Source of the DNA: a virus
UHGV virus genome: UHGV-0096064
DNA: 64,000 nt
Strand: one strand, 5' to 3'
Notes under the pieces: model-generated
Told to the model about the DNA's origin: nothing
What the model saw: the letters and a program-made list of their open reading frames with translations, nothing else
Databases searched by the model: none
Position numbers and translations under genes: made by a program
Shown here: positions 1-10,900 of the stretch, in pieces
Position numbering within the stretch: position 1 is the stretch's first letter
Layout of the letters: each line of letters begins with the position of its first letter

Positions 1-1
1 G

Positions 2-382
2 CAACCCGCCCCGGCGCAGGCTCCGGTTCAGGCCCCGGTTCAGGCTCCGGTTCAGCAACCTGTCCAGCCTGCGCCAGCCCCGGCCCAACCTGCTCCTGCT
101 CAGGCTGCCCCGGCTCCCGCTCCGGCGCAGGCTCAGGCCGCTCCGCTCCTGCAAACGACTCAGGAGGAAGTGATGGCCTCCATCACCCCGGAAGTCGAGG
201 AGATTATGAAGAAGGCGGAAGTGGCTGCGGAAGAAGCTCGGCGGCAGCTTGCTCAGGAACAGGGCTTCGGCACGACCATGACGGTTCAGGCCCCGGCGCA
301 GCCCTCGGCAGGAAGTGAAGATGTAAACTCCGCCCTCTCCAATCTGCTGGCGGCGGCTGGCAGCTACGGCGGACAGGCATAA
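2..382 (+). CDS. 3' end of a CDS truncated by the window start; Pro/Ala/Gln-rich linker then a short charged C-terminal domain
   Basis: Frame 2 is open from nt 2 and runs in frame into the 170..382 ORF (QPAPAQAPVQAPVQ... then MASITPEVEE...). So the ATG at 170 is internal to a longer upstream gene. Sits immediately upstream of the primase-helicase. Confidence 0.5.
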   Translation, partial: QPAPAQAPVQAPVQAPVQQPVQPAPAPAQPAPAQAAPAPAPAQAQAAPLLQTTQEEVMASITPEVEEIMKKAEVAAEEARRQLAQEQGFGTTMTVQAPAQPSAGSEDVNSALSNLLAAAGSYGGQA

Positions 383-407
383 AATGATACGCTAACCTCC
401 AAACAAG

Positions 408-3400
408 TTGGTGGGTATAGTCATGCAACAGAATATCTTCCAGTCTCCAGCATCTCAAATCTCACCAACTGTTTGGCAGACCGCTGTCAACTTCCTGCGG
501 CTGGTCTTGCCTACGGGCGTGGGGTTCTACAGCACCTCCTCGGTGGGGGCGAACCCCGGCTCGTGGCGAGACCAGCCGCATGCCAACATCGAGTCGATGG
601 CCCAAACGGTGCTCTCGCTCTCGGCGCAGCAATGCAACACCTACTTCGCCATGTCCGGCTTCCGTGAAGGACTCCATGAAGAACAGAAGCCGAACGGGAA
701 GACGGCTACAGTCTTCCGCACGCAGGCCAACGCCATAGCGCAGCGTTGCCTCTGGCTCGACATCGACTGCGGGAAGGCGAACAGCGTCTATCCCAACGAT
801 GTCGCCGCCATCAATGCGCTTACAAATTTCCTCAAGCAGACGGGACTCCCTCTTCCTGTCGTCGTCAGCTCCGGCCACGGCCTCCATCTCTACTGGCCTT
901 TCATGGAGTCCGTAAGCACCACGCAGTGGCTGCAAATGGCCGGGATGCTCAAGTCCCTCTGCACCCACTTCCAGTTCGACGCCGACCACAGCCGGACGAT
1001 GGATGCCGCCAGCGTCCTGCGCGTGCCCGGCACCTACAACTACGACTTCAAGGGCAAGTATGACGGGCAGCCCAAGCTGTGCCGCATCCTCATCCTGCCC
1101 AAGACCATATACCATGTGCTGGATATTGCCGGGACTCTGGTCAAGGCCATCAAGTCCAACCGGATAGCCCCGGCTACCTATACGTCGCCGCGCTCCACCT
1201 ATCCTCTCCCGTCCGTAGGAGCCGTGCCTCCCGCTCCCGAAGGGCTGTCCTTCGTCGGGATGGAGGAAGCCTTCAACGGGCCGAAGCGTCATCCCTTCCA
1301 GATTATCAGGAAGTGCCGCCAGATTCAGCAAGCGGGCCTTGGGACGTACACCCAATGGTACAACATGATGCTGGTCATGAAGCACTGCGCCTTCGGCGAG
1401 CAGGCCGTCCACGACATCTCGAAGATGGACAAGGTGCGCTACGACTACAACAACACCCAGACGAAGCTGACGCAGGCCATTGAGGGCGGCTACGGGCCGT
1501 GCCGCTGCGACACCTTCAACGAGAAAGACCCCGGCATCTGCCAGTCGTGTCCTTTCTGGGGGAAGATTACCTCCCCCCTCCAGTTGGGCGACCCGTATGT
1601 GGAACGCAAGCCTGTGAAGCTGGTCGCCGCCGATGTGAACAGCGACTCGCCCGTGGTCACGGCGTCCCCCTGCGCTCCCGTCATGGAGGTCATGCCCTTC
1701 AACAATCAGGAGTTCTCGGTCGTCCCCGGCAAGGGCGTCATCTGGCACAAGAAGACGCTCGTGTCCGCAGCCGAAGCCGGGGCCAACGATGATGAAGACC
1801 ACTACATCACCAAGGACATCCTCATTTGCGATGTGGAAATTTATGTCCATAGCGTCTGCATTGACGACACCGGGCCGGACTTGCAGCGCAGCTACCTCGT
1901 GCGCAAGCAGGCTCCGGGGAAGGCACCGGAAGAACTGCGGCTTAACGTGACCTCGGACTTGGGAACGCAGAAGCTCTGGAACTGGCTGGCGAACAATGCG
2001 ATGCTGCCTGTACACCCCCGTTACAACAAGCAGTTGAGTGACTTTATGAGCACATATCTAGCGTCCATTCAGAACAAGCTGCCGGAAGTTTTTGTCCGCG
2101 ACACGTTCGGTTGGGTGACGAACCATGACGGCGTGACTGGAGAGTCCTATCCCGGCTTCATCGTCGGGCCTGAGATGTTCACGTCCCGTGGCGTCAAGCC
2201 TGTCAAGCTCACGCCCCGCGCCGCACAGGTGGCCGAGTCCTTCTCCCGTGTCGGGAATCTGGAGAAGTGGAAGATGGTACCGCAGATGTACCGCATCCTC
2301 GAACAACCCTTCTCTCAGCTCATGATGCTGACCGGGTTTGGCGCTCCGTTTATGAAGAACGGCGTCGGCACGGCCACCAACGTGGCCTACTCCCTCTGGG
2401 ATGTGAAGGGCGGGAAGGGCAAGTCCACCGTCCTTGAAGCCGTCTCCAGCATATGGGGCTGCCCGAAGCATCTCCTCCAGACGAAGAACGATACCGTCTC
2501 GTCCCGTTTCCAGAAGTACGCGGTTCACAAGAACCTGCCCATCTTCATCGACGAGGTGACGAACATCAGGGAAGCCGACCTCTCCGACCTTATCTACGAC
2601 ATCGTGAACGGACGGGAAAAGAGCCGTTCGCTTGGCTCCGGTACGGCGCTGGCCCGCTCCGGGTCATGGTCGACCACGACTCTGTTCACCTCGAACAAGT
2701 CTCTTTACGAGATGCTCAAGAGCAGCCACATCCAGTCTGACGCCACCTGCATGCGCGTGGTCGAGCACCAGTGCGACTTCAAGGACTATACGGGCACGCC
2801 CTACCAGAAGTACATCGCCAGCGTGCAGAACGTGATGCACACCAACTATGGGCTCGCTGGCCCGGCGTTCCTCCAGTATTGTTTCGACCATCCCGAAGTG
2901 ATGGACGAGATTACCCATAAGGCCAAGGCTTTCGCCCAGACCTATACCGTCCAGTCCGACGAACGGTTCTGGATGTACGGCATCGGCATCCCGCTGGCGG
3001 CTGGTGAAATCGCCGTCCGCGCCGGACTCATCGACTACGACATCCCGTACCTGCGCGAGTGGTGCGTCAAGGTGCTCCTGCCCTCGCTCCGCGAAAAGAT
3101 TCGCGACACGAAGTCCAGCGGCGACAACCTGCTGTCCGAGTTCCTCAACGAGAACATCAGCCACACCCTGTCCGTGAGCTCGGCCAAGCGCCCCTCCAGC
3201 CAGAAAGACCCCGGCATCCAGTCCGGCCTCGACACCTACGTCAAGTTTTACCCGGTCGGCGCTCTCTATATCCGCCACGAACAGGACACGAACACCTACT
3301 ACGTCAGCACGAAGCGGCTGCAATACTGGTGCCGGGACAACCGAATCTCGATGGACGTCATGCTTCAAGAGCTGCGGAACAAGGGCGTCTACCAGAAGAA

Positions 3401-3497
3401 CGACAAGATTCAATACGCCCTCGGCAAGTGGGTGTCGGCTCTTGACCATAGCAGGTCGACGGTCTTCCGGTTCGTCATCCCGCAGGATAAGGAATAG
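408..3497 (+). CDS. bifunctional DNA primase-polymerase (AEP family) fused to an SF3 (D5-like) helicase
   Basis: N-terminal AEP motifs: LWLDIDCGK (hhhDhD) and SSGHGLHLYW (sGxGhH). C-terminal Walker A DVKGGKGKSTVLEA and Walker B IFIDEVT, typical of D5 or P4-alpha-like primase-helicases. The annotated start is GTG at 408; an ATG lies 5 codons downstream. Confidence 0.85.
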   Translation: MVGIVMQQNIFQSPASQISPTVWQTAVNFLRLVLPTGVGFYSTSSVGANPGSWRDQPHANIESMAQTVLSLSAQQCNTYFAMSGFREGLHEEQKPNGKTATVFRTQANAIAQRCLWLDIDCGKANSVYPNDVAAINALTNFLKQTGLPLPVVVSSGHGLHLYWPFMESVSTTQWLQMAGMLKSLCTHFQFDADHSRTMDAASVLRVPGTYNYDFKGKYDGQPKLCRILILPKTIYHVLDIAGTLVKAIKSNRIAPATYTSPRSTYPLPSVGAVPPAPEGLSFVGMEEAFNGPKRHPFQIIRKCRQIQQAGLGTYTQWYNMMLVMKHCAFGEQAVHDISKMDKVRYDYNNTQTKLTQAIEGGYGPCRCDTFNEKDPGICQSCPFWGKITSPLQLGDPYVERKPVKLVAADVNSDSPVVTASPCAPVMEVMPFNNQEFSVVPGKGVIWHKKTLVSAAEAGANDDEDHYITKDILICDVEIYVHSVCIDDTGPDLQRSYLVRKQAPGKAPEELRLNVTSDLGTQKLWNWLANNAMLPVHPRYNKQLSDFMSTYLASIQNKLPEVFVRDTFGWVTNHDGVTGESYPGFIVGPEMFTSRGVKPVKLTPRAAQVAESFSRVGNLEKWKMVPQMYRILEQPFSQLMMLTGFGAPFMKNGVGTATNVAYSLWDVKGGKGKSTVLEAVSSIWGCPKHLLQTKNDTVSSRFQKYAVHKNLPIFIDEVTNIREADLSDLIYDIVNGREKSRSLGSGTALARSGSWSTTTLFTSNKSLYEMLKSSHIQSDATCMRVVEHQCDFKDYTGTPYQKYIASVQNVMHTNYGLAGPAFLQYCFDHPEVMDEITHKAKAFAQTYTVQSDERFWMYGIGIPLAAGEIAVRAGLIDYDIPYLREWCVKVLLPSLREKIRDTKSSGDNLLSEFLNENISHTLSVSSAKRPSSQKDPGIQSGLDTYVKFYPVGALYIRHEQDTNTYYVSTKRLQYWCRDNRISMDVMLQELRNKGVYQKNDKIQYALGKWVSALDHSRSTVFRFVIPQDKE

Positions 3498-3507
3498 GAT
3501 AAAAGAA

Positions 3508-3539
3508 GGGTGCCCCTCCAGTCTCATAAAGGGGCACCC
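3508..3539. terminator. GC-rich hairpin at the convergence point of the two arms; probable bidirectional intrinsic terminator
   Basis: Perfect 9-bp stem GGGTGCCCC...GGGGCACCC with a 14-nt loop, 11 nt after the primase stop. On the minus-strand transcript it is followed by UUCUUUUAU. It lies between convergent genes (408..3497 + and 3607..4320 -). Confidence 0.6.
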
Positions 3540-3606
3540 CGGCGGTGGGTAGCGTCCTGCAACAAGACACCGGGCCAACCATAGGCCAAGTGGCCCGGTG
3601 TGTCAA

Positions 3607-4320
3607 TTACGCCTTTTTACGGCGCGGACGTACCGTGGGCGACTCATCCATCGCGTCAGGCTGGAAAAGGTCTACAGAGGCCGTTTCTGTCGCATTGGCG
3701 GCCACGCTGGAGGTGGACGCAGCCGCTGCCTTGGCGACCTTGACCTTCACTTCCTCGACCACGATGCTGTTGCCCATGCAGTTGGTGGCGGCGACGGACA
3801 CGTTGAACGTCCCGGACGCGGTCGGCGTACCGGAGAGGCGAACCAAATCCTGCTCATACTCGGCGCTCATCCAGTCGGGCATCCCGGTCACATCGTAGTT
3901 GATGGGGAGCGTGCCGTCGAAGGTGACGCGCCCTTCCCATTCCTCATTCACGAGGGCAGTGGGGGAAACGGTCTGCTTGTGGGTCACTTCGACGCACTCG
4001 CAGTCGCCGCCCTCGCAACAGTTGTAATTGCAGATGAGCCACTTGATGACGGGCACGCTGGTCTCGAAGAAGAGGCAGGTGCCGCGAGGGAACTTGCGTG
4101 CCTCGCTCCCGCCGTAGCCCCGCTCCATGACGAGGGTGCCGCACTGGTTCTCAATGTACACCCACTCGGTATACAGGTTGTCCCGCAGGGACAGGATGGT
4201 GGAGTCACCGTCCGGGATGTGGGCCAGCAACCGGGCGTAGTCCCGTGGCGTCAGCGGGAGAAACGAGTCATCGGCATAGAGTACATCGTGGAGCGTGGCG
4301 GAAAATGGTTTGAGAATCAT
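3607..4320 (-). CDS. hypothetical protein, possible Ig-like surface domain
   Basis: 237-aa ORF with ordinary amino-acid composition. C-terminal segment FDGTLPINYDVTGMPDW...GTPTASGTFNVSV resembles putative Ig or dystroglycan-type domains. Last gene of the late arm. Confidence 0.5.
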   Translation of the reverse strand: MILKPFSATLHDVLYADDSFLPLTPRDYARLLAHIPDGDSTILSLRDNLYTEWVYIENQCGTLVMERGYGGSEARKFPRGTCLFFETSVPVIKWLICNYNCCEGGDCECVEVTHKQTVSPTALVNEEWEGRVTFDGTLPINYDVTGMPDWMSAEYEQDLVRLSGTPTASGTFNVSVAATNCMGNSIVVEEVKVKVAKAAAASTSSVAANATETASVDLFQPDAMDESPTVRPRRKKA

Positions 4321-4330
4321 GGTGTCTCCT

Positions 4331-4813
4331 TTAGCAGTCGTCGCTGTTGCAGGGGGTTTGCGTCACCGAAACGGAGTCAATCAGGACAGGGGTCGTGCAA
4401 AGGTCGATGTCCAGTTTGGCGATGAGCCGCCCGTCATTGAACTCAAGGATGCCCCAATACCGTCCGGGCGGAAGGTGCCAGAGCTGGTCGTCAAACCGGA
4501 AGACCGTCTCCCCCTTGTCGTTGGTGTCGAAGGCGGGATACACCAGCGCCGGAAGCTCATGAGGGTAGACGGCGTCCGTCCACGGCGTCTCGTATCCGGG
4601 CCAGCATCCTGTGAAAATCAGTTCTGACTTGAGGCGGCACTTGCAATGGGGCGCTTGGATGACAAGGCGCACATGCTCATAGTCGATAAGCTGCCCGCCG
4701 TTGCACCCCGGCTGTACCAGCTTGACCGCGAGCTCCGGCTGCCCCCAACAGATTCGGGTGATGGTCGATTTCATATCCTTACCTTGACTTCCGATAGTGA
4801 GTGTCGTAAACAA
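4331..4813 (-). CDS. hypothetical protein
   Basis: 160-aa ORF, co-directional with and tightly packed against the neighbouring late genes. Confidence 0.5.
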   Translation of the reverse strand: MFTTLTIGSQGKDMKSTITRICWGQPELAVKLVQPGCNGGQLIDYEHVRLVIQAPHCKCRLKSELIFTGCWPGYETPWTDAVYPHELPALVYPAFDTNDKGETVFRFDDQLWHLPPGRYWGILEFNDGRLIAKLDIDLCTTPVLIDSVSVTQTPCNSDDC

Positions 4814-4885
4814 CCTAGGTCATGTCTCACCATTTGGCAATCCCGAATGGCGTACCACTCTGACATGACACATCACCTGCCACGC

Positions 4886-4929
4886 CCTCCCGGTCTTGCC
4901 TTCGTACCGGGAGGGTTTCTCTTTTTCCT
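4886..4929 (+). terminator. hairpin plus T-tract with plus-strand polarity, embedded in the minus-strand late operon
   Basis: CCCTCCCGGT-(11 nt loop)-ACCGGGAGGG followed by GTTTCTCTTTTTCC on the plus strand. Overlaps the stop-codon region of the giant gene. Coordinates +/-2. Confidence 0.4.
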
Positions 4930-7900
4930 AGTTCATGTACAAGTCCGCTTGATCATCGTGCAGCGCAATGGCGGCCTTCTCCGCAGCCTCCAAGGTGCGG
5001 AACTTGCCGAGATGCTCACCCGTCAACAGGTAGTGCTGCCACGCCTGTTCCGGCGACCACCGCTCCCCATTGGGGCCGATGGACGGGAAGTTGACCCAGA
5101 GGCCGTCCCCATCCTGTTCGGTCATGGTGGCTACCGTACTGATTGTCCCGTCCGCGTTCTTCACCACGGGCCGATTGTAGAGGTCGATGTTGCCGGGGAT
5201 GACCGGGGCGTTGGGCACCTCATGACGCAGCGCCGCCGACGCATCCTCATCCGGTACGTCGAACCGACCACGGTAGCCGCGGTTGAAGTAGTTCAGGCCG
5301 TTCACCGTGTTCTCCTGCACCGCATTGCGGGCAATGCTCCAGTCCGTATACACTTGGCGGATGGCGTCCTCGTCCATGTCTGGGCCGAACAGCGCATCCA
5401 GCGTCTTCCGCGTCTCGCTGTTCAAATCGGACAACTGCCTGTCCGCCACGTAGATGGAGATGTAGTCGTCGGCTTCTTCCTGAGTGAACCCGGCGGACAG
5501 GAGGATGTCCTTCTTCTCGCCCACCGTCCCCTTCAAGGCGTTGCCGATGCCAGCCCTGCGGATGAGGTTCTCGTAGTGCTCACGCGCATTGTAGAAGGAG
5601 GTCTGGGTCACGTTCATGCCCGTGGCGTAGATGGACGTGGCACCGAGCGCCGACCAGAACGGCCCCAATTGCTCCCGTGTGGACTGGTAGATGGGGTTCT
5701 TGTAGAGCGGGTCGTGTTCAATCCAAGCCATGACGCCCTGCAACACGCCGCCCAGATACCCGTTGGCGAGGGCGCGGATTTCTTCCGGGGCCATGTCCAC
5801 GCCGATGGCGTCGTAAAGACCCTTGGCGATGTTCACCCATGTCCTGTCTGTCGTCAGGTTGTAGTGGTCGGACTGGCGCGCCGTCCTGTTGTACGAGTCG
5901 TAGGACAGCTTGGCACCGGAATAGGAGTACCCTGTAGCCACCTGAACGGCAGGCTGCATAATCATGGGCGACATGGTCTGGATGATGAACTGCATCGGGT
6001 TCTGCTTGAACTCGAACGCAGGCATCGAGTTGGGCACGAGCGACTTGCCGAAGACGACCATCATGGTAGCCATGAGGTCGCCGCAGCTCATCTTCCCCCG
6101 CTCCACCCGGTCGAAGCCGTAGGCCGCAAGCGCGCCGAGCATGGCCGGGCCGAAGCCTGTGGGCCACTTCACGTAAGCGCCGCCGCCCGTGCCGACCGGG
6201 ATGAAGGTGCAAACCTGCGACAGCGGCATCATGTCGAGGATGCGCTCGCCTTCTTCCCCTTCTCCGAGGCTGTCCTGAATCAACGGGATGAGCGCCCGGA
6301 TGGAGGCGTAGGATGCGAACAGGACGGCCCATCCACGGATGGCCTTCATCCTGAGCTGCCTCGCCTGCGGATGGTTGCCGAACGTCATGGTGTGCAGGCC
6401 GAGTGCGCCGAGAAGGTTGCTTGCCGTCTGTCCTATCGAGTTGGTGAACGGGAACAGGGGCGAGAGGTAACGGGACGTGAACCGCCCACGCTGCGCCATG
6501 TTCATCAGGGTCGACACCCCGCTCACGGTGTCGCGCATGTTGATGCCGTTCTCCCGCATCTTGATGAACTGCGCGAACGTGGGCAGAGCATAGAAGAAGT
6601 TGCCCCACTCCGTGATGGTGTTGATGGCCTTGCCGATGGTGCCGCTTCCAAGTTTCTTCAACGAGTTGGGGATGACGGCGCGCACATCGGTGGCCGTCCG
6701 GCGCTTGTTCAGACGCAGAAGCTCGTTGTAGTTGGAGGAGGAGTCCACCCCGCTGGCCTTGAAGTCCTGCATCATCCGGTCGATGTAGGCGTTGCCTGAC
6801 GTGCCCGTCGACCAGTACCGCGCAAGCCGGATGAAGTTCATCGGGTTCAGGGCGAAGCCCACCATCTGGCAGGCGATGCGCGCACCCGGCACATTCTCCC
6901 CGCGCTCGTTGGTGAAGTTCCTCGTCGGCAGATAGGACACACGTTCCGTGAAGTCGCGCACGCTGGTCAGGACGGGGAAGTATGGTTTGAACCTCGTATA
7001 GACGCTGGCATAGGAGCGCGTCACCGTCGCCAAAGCCGACAAGACCTTGTCCGGTGCCGCAGCGTAGAACGGGTTGCGGACGGACTCGTGAACCTTGGGG
7101 TCATCGAACATCACCCGGTAGGCTTGGATGACGCTCTGCCCACTCTCGTCCACATCCAGTACGCGGATGACCACGTCCGTGCTGTCCTCGACGTTGCGCG
7201 CCCATTGCTCCGCCTGCTTCGTGTGCTGGCCCGTGCCGTATCGGATACCGTTCACGATGTTCTCAGGCACCATCGCCATGCCGTTGTAGAACTTGGTGTT
7301 CCCCGCCTCGCTCGTGACGTTGCCCTGTTTCTCGAACATGAGGTAGGCTTGGCGCAGGTAGGAGCCGAACTCGGACATCCCGACGCTGCGCGACGCCCGC
7401 GTCCCGTATTGGACAAGCGCCGTCCATGCGTCCTGTGCAGGGGTGCGGGAACCGTAACGGTGGAAGTTCTGCCGGGGGGCATAGTAGGAGATGTCGTTGA
7501 TGCCCCCAGTGCCAGCTTGCTTGTCCGTGGTCATGGCGCAGTAGTAGAGCCACTCGTCGAACCGGGCGAAGTCGGCATCGGAGAGCTGCCCATTCTCAAA
7601 CAGGAATCTTGTTACCCATGAGTAACCATTGCCGAGCATGGCAAGGCCCGCGTTGCACTTCTCCTGTCCATACCGGGCCACGACCTCGGCGATTTCCGCC
7701 TGAGCCTCGGCTACCGTCCGACCGCCGTACAGGTTCACGTCCACATCCTCGCCCGCTTGCCGGGCCAAGTACGCGGAGAGTGCGCTCTTGGCGGCCTTCA
7801 CAGCGTCAATCTTCTCCTGTCCGTTGGGCAGCATGTACGCTTCCTGAACGGCGCGCTCTAGTTCAATCTGCTGCTTCGGCGCGGCCTCAAGCGTATGCTG

Positions 7901-10900
7901 CGCCGTGCGGTAGCGGCCCATATCGGACATGAACTTGTCCACGTCCACGGACTTGCCGTCGATGTCGTAGGCGTTCTCATTGGCCCACTTCATAATGGGC
8001 TCGTAGACGTTGTTCATGAAGAGCCGTGCGGCACCCGTGATGCGATTCTGCAACGTGTTGAACGACTGGAGGAGAGGAGTCTCGTCCGGGTTCGTCCTGC
8101 TGTTCGACAGATGCTTCAAGCAGTACAGCCGGAAGTCGGCCCCGCCGTCGACGAAGTTGCGCCGGATGCTGGTGGCGAACGACGCCCAACGCCCGGCCCG
8201 CCACTCAGGAGAATAGGCCGTCTCAATGAACCCCTTGCGGCGGTACGCCTCCATCTCCTTGCCCTTGCGCAAGGACTCGGCGTTCTCCCGTGCGATGGTG
8301 CTGACAAGCTCGGCGGCGCGGGCAAGCCCATCCTCCTCGACGTCGCCAAGGGGGGCGTACTCGTTCACGTCGAAGGTGCCGTCAGGATTGGCCGTCTCGC
8401 CTGCGTCGCCGGGGGCCATGCCCTCGGACAGCTCGGCGTTGATGGCGTCGCCGAGTTCAATCTTCTCGGCGGCAATCTCTTCCGGCGTGCGGATGACGGG
8501 AGGCTCGGACGCAGTCTCGGCCCCGCGCACCACATCGGAAGTGGAGTCCAGCATGTTGCCGTTCTGCATCCCGTTCACGGACGTGTCGGCCTGCGGAGTC
8601 AGGAGACCGGAGACAAGCTGCTGCGTCACGTAGGTGGGCGTGTTGCCGAGCGTCGCCAGCGGAGAGGTCATGTTCTGCGGGTCGACCATCGCCTCGTTGA
8701 TGGCGTTGTTGTAGAGGCTGTCCGGTGCGGCGTCCGCCATCTCCATCGTCTGCGCGGCGTAGTCGATGGAGGTGTCCAGTGCATTGTCCTGTTCCAGATT
8801 GATTTGCTCTCTGGGGGAAGCGGTCTGCATGCCGACTGCGTCGCGCATGTAGTCGGCGGCGAAAGTGTACGCGGCACGCGGGTCATAGCCAGCCTGCATC
8901 ATGCTGGTCATGACGTTGGTGAACTGGACATCCAGAGCCACGCGGGTTTGCAGGTCGACATCCAGACGCAGCGCGTCGATGATGTCGTTGACCGGAGTGT
9001 TCAGGCCCGTGAGCTGGCGGTCGAAAGCATCCCGCACCTCGACGGGAAGCACGGCATTGTAGATGTCGTTGCGCAGCTCGTAAGCCACCGAGTCCTTCTT
9101 GAGCTGGCGGAAGGAAGAGTATCTCAGGTATTGGTCAATAACCTCCCGAACCTGCACATACCACCGGAGAATGAACTCCTTCACGCGCTCGAAGATGGGC
9201 TGCAATCCGGAGTTCTTGGGCACCGTGCCGTCCATCATGTACCGCTCGAAGGCCGTGGTGATGGACTCATGCGCCCGTGAGCCCCATGTCGGCGGGTTGA
9301 AGAAGTTGGCTTCGGGTACGCCAGCGTACCGGGCCAGCGTCTTCAAGTCCGCAAGAAGCTGCGACGCCATCGGGTTGGACTGGATTTCAGCCTGAGACAT
9401 CCGGGACAGGACAAGCACGCCCTCGTAGATGAAGTAGTGCTCGAACTCGTGCAGGATGGTGTTGACGTCAGCGTCGGGGCGGACGCGGACGGCGCGGTTC
9501 GCAAGGTTGTAGTTCGGGTCGTAGATTCTCTCCGCGACGAAAGACCCACGCTGGTTCTCACTCCGGGTAGTGGGAAGAAGCGTAATCTCGTCGAGCATCT
9601 GGCGCACCGTCTTCTGCGACACCTGCGCCAAGGTGTTGAGCATCCGGTACACAAGGACGGCGGCTGTGTTGGCAGACTGCTCATCCCTTTTCAGTTCCTT
9701 GCGGAAACGGTCGAGGAGATGCTGGAGGTCATTGAAGGCGTCCATAGACTCCGCAGAGTTGCGGATGTCTTGGAGGAAGGCGTTGATGGTGTTGGCGGTA
9801 GCCATGTCCATCTCGGCCTGACGCAACGCCTCGGCATCCGAGTAGCCGCTGCTCTTGTAATACTGCTGACGGTCTCTGCGGAACTGCTCAAGGATGCTGG
9901 TCGTGGACTCTACAGAATCCCCGGATTCCGCAAGGCGGCCAAGGACTCCTGTGAATCGACCATCGCTTGAGCGTTGCTCTGTCGTGCTTGGATAGCCTCC
10001 ATCGCCAACAGCCTGTCCCGCGCCTGCGGTATCATCTGGGCGACCACTTCGTCCGCTGTCGGCTCCGTCTCCGGCCTGCGGCCCCATTGGTTGATTAGGC
10101 TGAACATCGCCAGCAACCGTTCCGGGGTTCGCGTATGCGGCCCCACCAGCCCCTGCGCCTTGAGTTGTTCCACCAGCGCCAACAACATCTTGAGGGCTTC
10201 CGGCGACAACGCCTGCACCATCTGCGGGTTGAGCGGCTGCTGTTTGGCGATTTGCCGCAACGCCGCCTGCACCAGCTTCCGTTGCTGTTCCGGCGTTAGT
10301 TCTAAGAAGTCTGTCATGTTCTACCTTCTTCCATTGCTCAAAGCGGTTCTTGATGTCCTGTCCGGAAAGCTGCGACAAGTTCGCGTCCACGTTGTCGATG
10401 ACGGACTGGACGCTTGCACGCATGCGCTCATCCGGGGCAATCTGGTACGCCCGCGCCAAAAGGGACAGAAGTTCTTCCGTCTTGTCGTAGAAGGACAACC
10501 CATACTCGGATGTCCACGAGGCGGGCGGTTGGCTGCTGGCGATGTCGCGCATGACTTCCCGCGCACGGTTGACCAGCGCGTTGAAGTCTGCGGTACTGGA
10601 CACGGGCACGGTCGGGCGCGGCGCTTCCGGCACAGGCGAAATGGTGGGCTCTACCGGAGTGCTGACAGGCTCGACAGTGGGCTCGACGGTAGGCTCAACA
10701 CGGGGCTCGGTCTGGACTGGAGCAGGCGTCGGGTTCACGGGCGTAAGCGGCGTCACCGGGCGGCCCGTGTTGTTCATCTTCCAGTCCGTATACGCATTGA
10801 CGGCGTTCACCGTCACCATCGGGTTCCGGTTCAGGTAGCCCTGCAACCGGACGAAGACAGGCTCAAGGCGCTTGATGTCGAGGCCAGCGGCTTCGGCGCG

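Noticed and set aside
462-2015. 517-aa minus-strand ORF inside the primase-helicase gene
   Set aside because: Antisense to a gene with clear AEP and SF3 motifs. The composition is Arg/Gly/His-rich junk.
4646-6799. 717-aa plus-strand ORF antisense to the giant gene. Others like it include 7895..9280, 9974..12370, 13511..15010, 17111..18727 and 21239..24052.
   Set aside because: Low-complexity Arg/Gly/Val-rich translations typical of antisense frames in ~60% GC DNA. They fully overlap convincing minus-strand genes with real motifs.
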